From the NCBI GenBank assembly GCA_017517035.1, contig JAFXAN010000126.1, positions 1-53,615 on the forward strand: DNA of 53,615 nucleotides, read 5' to 3'. The notes below the pieces were generated by a model. The model saw nothing but the letters and a program-made list of their open reading frames with translations. It made no database searches and had not been told where the DNA came from. This document shows positions 49,224 to 53,615 of this stretch, in pieces. Origin of the DNA: Clostridia bacterium. GTDB lineage: Bacteria; Bacillota; Clostridia; Oscillospirales; CAG-272. The translations under genes and the position numbers were made by a program. Numbering within the stretch: position 1 is the stretch's first letter; each line of letters opens with the position of its first letter.

Positions 49224-51414
49224 CGCTATGCGTCGTACCAAGATCGAGCATACGCTGGCAAAAAAAGAACAGAACGGATATACCGATCTTGACGATTTCG
49301 GTACTGTTCCGCTACCCGAGGACTATTATGTTGAGCCTTGGTACAACAGCGAGAACGGTAGCTTTTATGGACTTGAAGGTATGAGCGAGAATTTCTGCAG
49401 AGTAATGGCTGCACATCCGGCCTATGTCGATCCGATGGAAATGCTTTGCGGCAGATGGCGTGATATGCTTGTGAACTATCGCGGAGATATACATTATCTT
49501 CCCAATTGGATAAAAAAGAACGAAAAGCTTTATAACTTTATCGCAAGTGGTGCAACAGCACAGTGGAGCAAGCGTTGGGACGAAAAACGGTTTCCATACG
49601 ACGATCTCAAGCCTCTCCAGAAAAAGTACAATATTCAGACCGGTATTGACGGAGATGCTCATTTTGCCTGCGATTACCGCATTGGTCTTGAGCTTGGCTT
49701 TGGCGGACTTCTTGACAAAATAGAAAAATATCGCAAGATCAATACGGATAAAAAGGACTTTTATGATGCCGAAGAGCGTTGTGTTCGTGCCATTATTGAT
49801 TTTATTGACAGACATATAGAAAAGATTCGGGAGATGATTCCGTTAGAGGATCGGCCCGAGATCAAGGAAACTCTTTTGAAGATGCTTTCCGTATGTGAAA
49901 ATATTCGTCTGGGAGCGCCCAAGACTTTTCATGAGGCTTGTCAATGGGTAAGCTTTTTCAATTGTGCAGCACGAGTTTTCACTCGTGACGGTGCAGGTTT
50001 CCAGCTGGATACTATCTTGTATCCTTACTATGAAAACGATATAAAGAGCGGTGAGCTTGATGACGAAAGAGCAAAATTCCTCATCGCAAATCTTCTGCTC
50101 ATTGATCCTCATTACTATCAAATCTCCGGTGTTGATGCCGAGGACCGCGATCTGACAAACCATCTGTCCTATCTTATTCTTGATGCGGCAGATTCTATCA
50201 ATATTTCCTGTAATCTTACGGTCAGAGTTCATGAAAATTGCGATCAGTCGTTTCTGCACCGTGCGGTGGAATATTTGTTTAAGAATAAAAACGGTTGGCC
50301 TCGTTTTTGCGGTGATAAGAACCTATGCGAGGGCTATATGCGCAACGGTGTGGACAAACAGACAGCCAGAGAGCGTATTGCTGTAGGTTGTAATTGGATG
50401 TGTGTTCCCGGTAAGGAATTTCCAATGAACGATACGGTCAAGATCAACGTGGCAAAGGTTCTTGAAGTAGCACTTGAGGAAATGAAAAATGAAAACGAAA
50501 GAAGCGCAGAATACCTCTATTCCATTTTCGAAAAGCATCTTAAAAAAGCTATTGAGGTCACCGCAGCAGGTGTAAACCACCATCTTGACCACGTTCACGA
50601 CGTAACTCCGGAGCTTATTATGAACCTTATGTTCACCGGATCCATTGAAAAGGGACTCGATGCCTCTCAATGTGCCGAGCTGTTCACGGTGGGGGTTGAC
50701 GGAGCAGGTCTTGCTGTTGTTGCCGACTCTTTTGGCGCTATCTCTACAAGAATTGAAGAAGAAAAGGCTCTTTCTTGGGATCAGCTCTATGAGGCTCTTG
50801 AAAGTGATTTTGCGGACGAGCGAATTCGCTTGATGCTCAATTCTTCGCCCAAATATTGTCATGGAAACACTGTGTCCGATGAGTGGGCGAAACGTTTGAC
50901 GAAAACTTGGACAAAGCTTGTAAAAGCTCAGAAAATGCCCAATGGCAGACAGCTTGTTCCCGGTTGGTTCTCCTGGGCGCGCAGTATTGAATACGGGTCT
51001 ACCGTCGGTGCTATGCCTAACGGAAGAAAAGCATACGAGCCAATCTCCCACGGTGCAAATCCCAATCCGCATTTCAGAGTTGACGGGGCGGTCACTGCAC
51101 AGTCGAACGGAATTGCATCCGTTCAGTGCGGATATGGTAATACGGCTCCGCTTCAGATCGAGTTTGACCCTAAAATCACAATGGAGCAGGGCGGTGTTGA
51201 CATCGTTCTTGACTTCATCAAGGCTCATATTGCAAGCGGTGGAACACTGATAAATATTAACATTCTCGATTCGGAAAGGCTCATGGAGGCCCACAAGGAT
51301 CCCACGCTTCATCCCGATCTTGTGGTGCGTGTGACCGGATTTACGGCATATTTTGCCTCACTGTCACCCAAATTCCGTCAGCTTGTTGTTGATCGTTTCC
51401 TTGAAGGAATGTAA
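49198..51414 (+). CDS. Glycyl-radical enzyme of unknown substrate (PFL superfamily)
   Basis: VVRVTGFTAYF (Gly714), AVGCNWMC (Cys398), GAMPNGRKA; adjacent activase. Confidence 0.92.
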   Translation: MLTYQDRLDAMRRTKIEHTLAKKEQNGYTDLDDFGTVPLPEDYYVEPWYNSENGSFYGLEGMSENFCRVMAAHPAYVDPMEMLCGRWRDMLVNYRGDIHYLPNWIKKNEKLYNFIASGATAQWSKRWDEKRFPYDDLKPLQKKYNIQTGIDGDAHFACDYRIGLELGFGGLLDKIEKYRKINTDKKDFYDAEERCVRAIIDFIDRHIEKIREMIPLEDRPEIKETLLKMLSVCENIRLGAPKTFHEACQWVSFFNCAARVFTRDGAGFQLDTILYPYYENDIKSGELDDERAKFLIANLLLIDPHYYQISGVDAEDRDLTNHLSYLILDAADSINISCNLTVRVHENCDQSFLHRAVEYLFKNKNGWPRFCGDKNLCEGYMRNGVDKQTARERIAVGCNWMCVPGKEFPMNDTVKINVAKVLEVALEEMKNENERSAEYLYSIFEKHLKKAIEVTAAGVNHHLDHVHDVTPELIMNLMFTGSIEKGLDASQCAELFTVGVDGAGLAVVADSFGAISTRIEEEKALSWDQLYEALESDFADERIRLMLNSSPKYCHGNTVSDEWAKRLTKTWTKLVKAQKMPNGRQLVPGWFSWARSIEYGSTVGAMPNGRKAYEPISHGANPNPHFRVDGAVTAQSNGIASVQCGYGNTAPLQIEFDPKITMEQGGVDIVLDFIKAHIASGGTLININILDSERLMEAHKDPTLHPDLVVRVTGFTAYFASLSPKFRQLVVDRFLEGM

Positions 51415-51431
51415 AGTAGGAGAACTCTGAT

Positions 51432-52712
51432 TTGGAACATATTAAGTACGAAAAATATTTGACAGTAAAGAAAAAATATGATGTGATCGTGTGTGGAGGC
51501 GGTGTTGCAGGTGTTGCGGCAGCCGTAAGCTCTGCTAAAAACGGATTGTCAACTCTTCTTCTTGAAAAAAGCAATATTCTCGGCGGTCTTGGTACACTCG
51601 GACTTATAAATCTGTTTGTTCCTATGTGTAATGGACGTGGAAAGCAAATAATTTTTGGGCTTGCCGAAAAATGGCTTCGGAAAAGTGCGGAGCTTGGCTG
51701 GGATACCATTCCCTTTGAGTGGAAAAACGGTGAACCTAAAGAAGAGACCAAGGTTCGGTACATACAAAGATATTCTCCGACGATTTTCGCATATCAGCTT
51801 ACAGAAGAGATAACAAAAAGCGGTGCAGATATTCTTTTTGATTGCATGGCGATCGATCCTGTAATGGAGGGCAATGTTTGCCGTGGTGTCATAACCGAAA
51901 GCAAAGGCGGGACCGAGTTTTACGGATGCCGAATACTGATCGATACCACGGGAGATTGTGATGTTTTGCGACGCGGTGGCATACCGTGTGAAAACGGAGA
52001 AAATTTCTTTTCCTTCTTTACAAAAATGGTGGATCTCGAAAGCTGTAAAAAAGCGGTTGAAATGGGGGATATACGATATTTGTATAAGGATCTCAGCGGA
52101 GGCAGTATCAACCTTTTTGGTGACGGTCAACCTGATGACATACCGCGCTGGTCAGGACTTTCCGCAGAAAATGTGACTGATTATATCGTTCGAAATCATC
52201 TTTTGATTCTCGAAAAACTGAAAAACAGCGATAGAAAAACTCGAGATATCGTCACCTCGCCCGGGATGCCTCAGTTCAGAACCACCTGCCATATTAGGGG
52301 CGATTATTCTCTGAAGCTTTCCGACGCATACCGCCATTTTCATGATTCAATATGTGCGATTAACGATTTTGAGCATAGAGATCATCTTTTTGAGATTCCG
52401 TTTCGTTGTCTCGTTAGAAGTGACTATCCCAATATAATCACCGCAGGCAGAAGCGCGGATGGCACGGGCTACGGTTGGGATCTGCTTCGTGTAATACCTC
52501 CGGCTATCCTTACAGGACAAGCAGCAGGGGAAGCTGTTTCACTTGCTCTTAAGACAGGGAAAAATATTGCTGAGCTTGATATAAAGGCTCTGCAAAATAC
52601 CCTTGAAAAGAACGATGTAATGATTCACTTTCCTGATGAATATATACCCGAAGACAGAACGGTAAATATACACGGTAAAAATGCCGCAGAAATTGATGGC
52701 GGTCATATGTAA
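51432..52712 (+). CDS. FAD-dependent oxidoreductase, paralog of 33598-34830
   Basis: YDVIVCGGGVAG; shares FVPMCNGRGKQIIFGLAEKWLR and LRVIPPAILTGQAAGEA with the paralog. Confidence 0.9.
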   Translation: MEHIKYEKYLTVKKKYDVIVCGGGVAGVAAAVSSAKNGLSTLLLEKSNILGGLGTLGLINLFVPMCNGRGKQIIFGLAEKWLRKSAELGWDTIPFEWKNGEPKEETKVRYIQRYSPTIFAYQLTEEITKSGADILFDCMAIDPVMEGNVCRGVITESKGGTEFYGCRILIDTTGDCDVLRRGGIPCENGENFFSFFTKMVDLESCKKAVEMGDIRYLYKDLSGGSINLFGDGQPDDIPRWSGLSAENVTDYIVRNHLLILEKLKNSDRKTRDIVTSPGMPQFRTTCHIRGDYSLKLSDAYRHFHDSICAINDFEHRDHLFEIPFRCLVRSDYPNIITAGRSADGTGYGWDLLRVIPPAILTGQAAGEAVSLALKTGKNIAELDIKALQNTLEKNDVMIHFPDEYIPEDRTVNIHGKNAAEIDGGHM

Positions 52713-52731
52713 AAAGAAAAGAATAAGGATT

Positions 52732-52821
52732 ATGAAAAAGCTGTTTGTATTGTTTAATATTCTTTCACTGATGCTTGTGCTATCCTTTTCGGTAAACACG
52801 GGAGATTGTGATGTGTTATGA
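52732..52821 (+). pseudogene. Signal-peptide-only stub of a secreted protein, interrupted by the IS
   Basis: RBS aagga, then MKKLFVLFNILSLMLVLSFSVNTGD; runs into TGT at 52807 and stops. Confidence 0.45.
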
Positions 52822-53527
52822 TACAATTGATAGGTGACAAATAAAAAAGGAAATAGCGACCAGATGTGATATAATGGTAATAACCACAAAACCAAAAAAT
52901 CACAAAGGAGCTATTTCCAATGAATATTATAACATCAGAAGCCCACTTTCGTCAACGGGTATTGAAATATTCGTTAAAAAATGGAGTGACAGCAGCGAGC
53001 ATACGGTTCAAAAGAAGCAGACAAGCGATATACGAATGGAAAAGGAAGTGGGACGGAAAAAGTTGGCACAGCTTAGTAGAAAAGAGCCATCGTCCACATC
53101 ATCATCCAAATGAACACACGGCAGAAGAGAAAGAAATGATCTTACGCCGTTATCCCCGATACAAAGACGATATGATGCTTCTTTGGAATTCATTGCGCAA
53201 GAGCGGGTATACACGAAGCTATACAAGCTTGGTAAGGGTAGTGCGCAAATATGGGTGCAGCCGAAGATTAAAAAGCGTACAGCAAGGAAAAATAAGCCTT
53301 ATACAAGAGCAGAATATCCCGGCCAAAAGGTACAGGTGGACGTAAAGTTTGTACCCTCTTATTGCGTTACACATGGGCAAAAATTCTATCAGTACACCGC
53401 AGTTGATGAATGTACTCGCTGGACATACAGAGAAATGTATGAGGAACACAGCACAGACGGTTCGGTGCGTTTCCTTGTGAATTTAATAAAAAGCGGTCCT
53501 TTTCCAATAAGAGAAATACAAACGGAC
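52807..53527 (+). mobile_element. IS481-like insertion sequence, partial
   Basis: Candidate TGT left end at 52807; transposase downstream; right end not seen. Confidence 0.65.
52920..53527 (+). pseudogene. Frameshifted, truncated DDE (rve) transposase
   Basis: HTH plus SHRPHHHPN in the first frame; from ~53252 a second frame reads YPGQKVQVDVKFVP...YQYTAVDECTR...IQTD; similarity then ends. Confidence 0.85.
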
Positions 53528-53615
53528 GATGACAGACCGTTTGACCGATTTGCAAAAGCGGACATATTGGTCGTCGTCAACGCACGGATATGGGCTTGGT
53601 GTCAGATGTCCGATG

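Larger units (their letters stand above)
15138..53615. mobile_element. Accessory region / genomic island starting at the lysS 3' end; right boundary not seen
   Basis: Abrupt end of housekeeping genes; tttacca repeats; MobV-like relaxase; TOPRIM gene; gene remnants; IS. No integrase and no second att copy in the window. Confidence 0.5.

Noticed and set aside
50323-51312. 329-aa minus-strand ORF
   Set aside because: Antisense shadow of the glycyl-radical enzyme gene.
49198-51414. Calling the GRE pflB, cutC or hypD
   Set aside because: It lacks the CC pair of PFL and the GCxE motif of eliminases; no supporting neighbours.
53240-53300. Programmed -1 frameshift in the transposase
   Set aside because: No correctly phased slippery heptamer seen, and the gene is also truncated, so mutation is more likely.
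1-53615. CRISPR array, tRNA or rRNA genes
   Set aside because: No regularly spaced repeat-spacer array and no cloverleaf or rRNA signature noticed by eye.

Overview
AT-rich Clostridia-type (Oscillospiraceae/Ruminococcaceae-like, inferred from gene order and style) chromosomal window. Bases 1-15137 look like core genome: a REP-like inverted repeat doublet, a stand-alone cpsC/cpsD tyrosine-kinase pair, a large SLH (probable S-layer) gene, rsmE, a CdaR/PucR regulator, ftsEX, M23 and S41 peptidases, greA and lysS. Directly after the lysS stop codon an accessory region begins, with integrase-arm-like repeats, a candidate oriT and a divergent MobV-type relaxase. It carries (i) an AraC-linked glycan locus with two GH26 enzymes, three large BspA/TpLRR surface proteins (one fused to a CE7 acetyl esterase) and sugar-modifying enzymes, (ii) a patch of deleted mobile/defence gene remnants plus a DUF3991/TOPRIM gene, and (iii) an AraC-linked operon of four Gfo/Idh/MocA dehydrogenases, a glycyl-radical enzyme with an atypical GCNWMC active-site loop, its activase and a FAD oxidoreductase. 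The window ends in a damaged IS481-like element. No rRNA, tRNA or CRISPR array was seen. The best candidates for an undescribed system are the glycyl-radical operon and the CE7-LRR/GH26 surface system. All family calls come from motif recognition by eye; no database searches were run.
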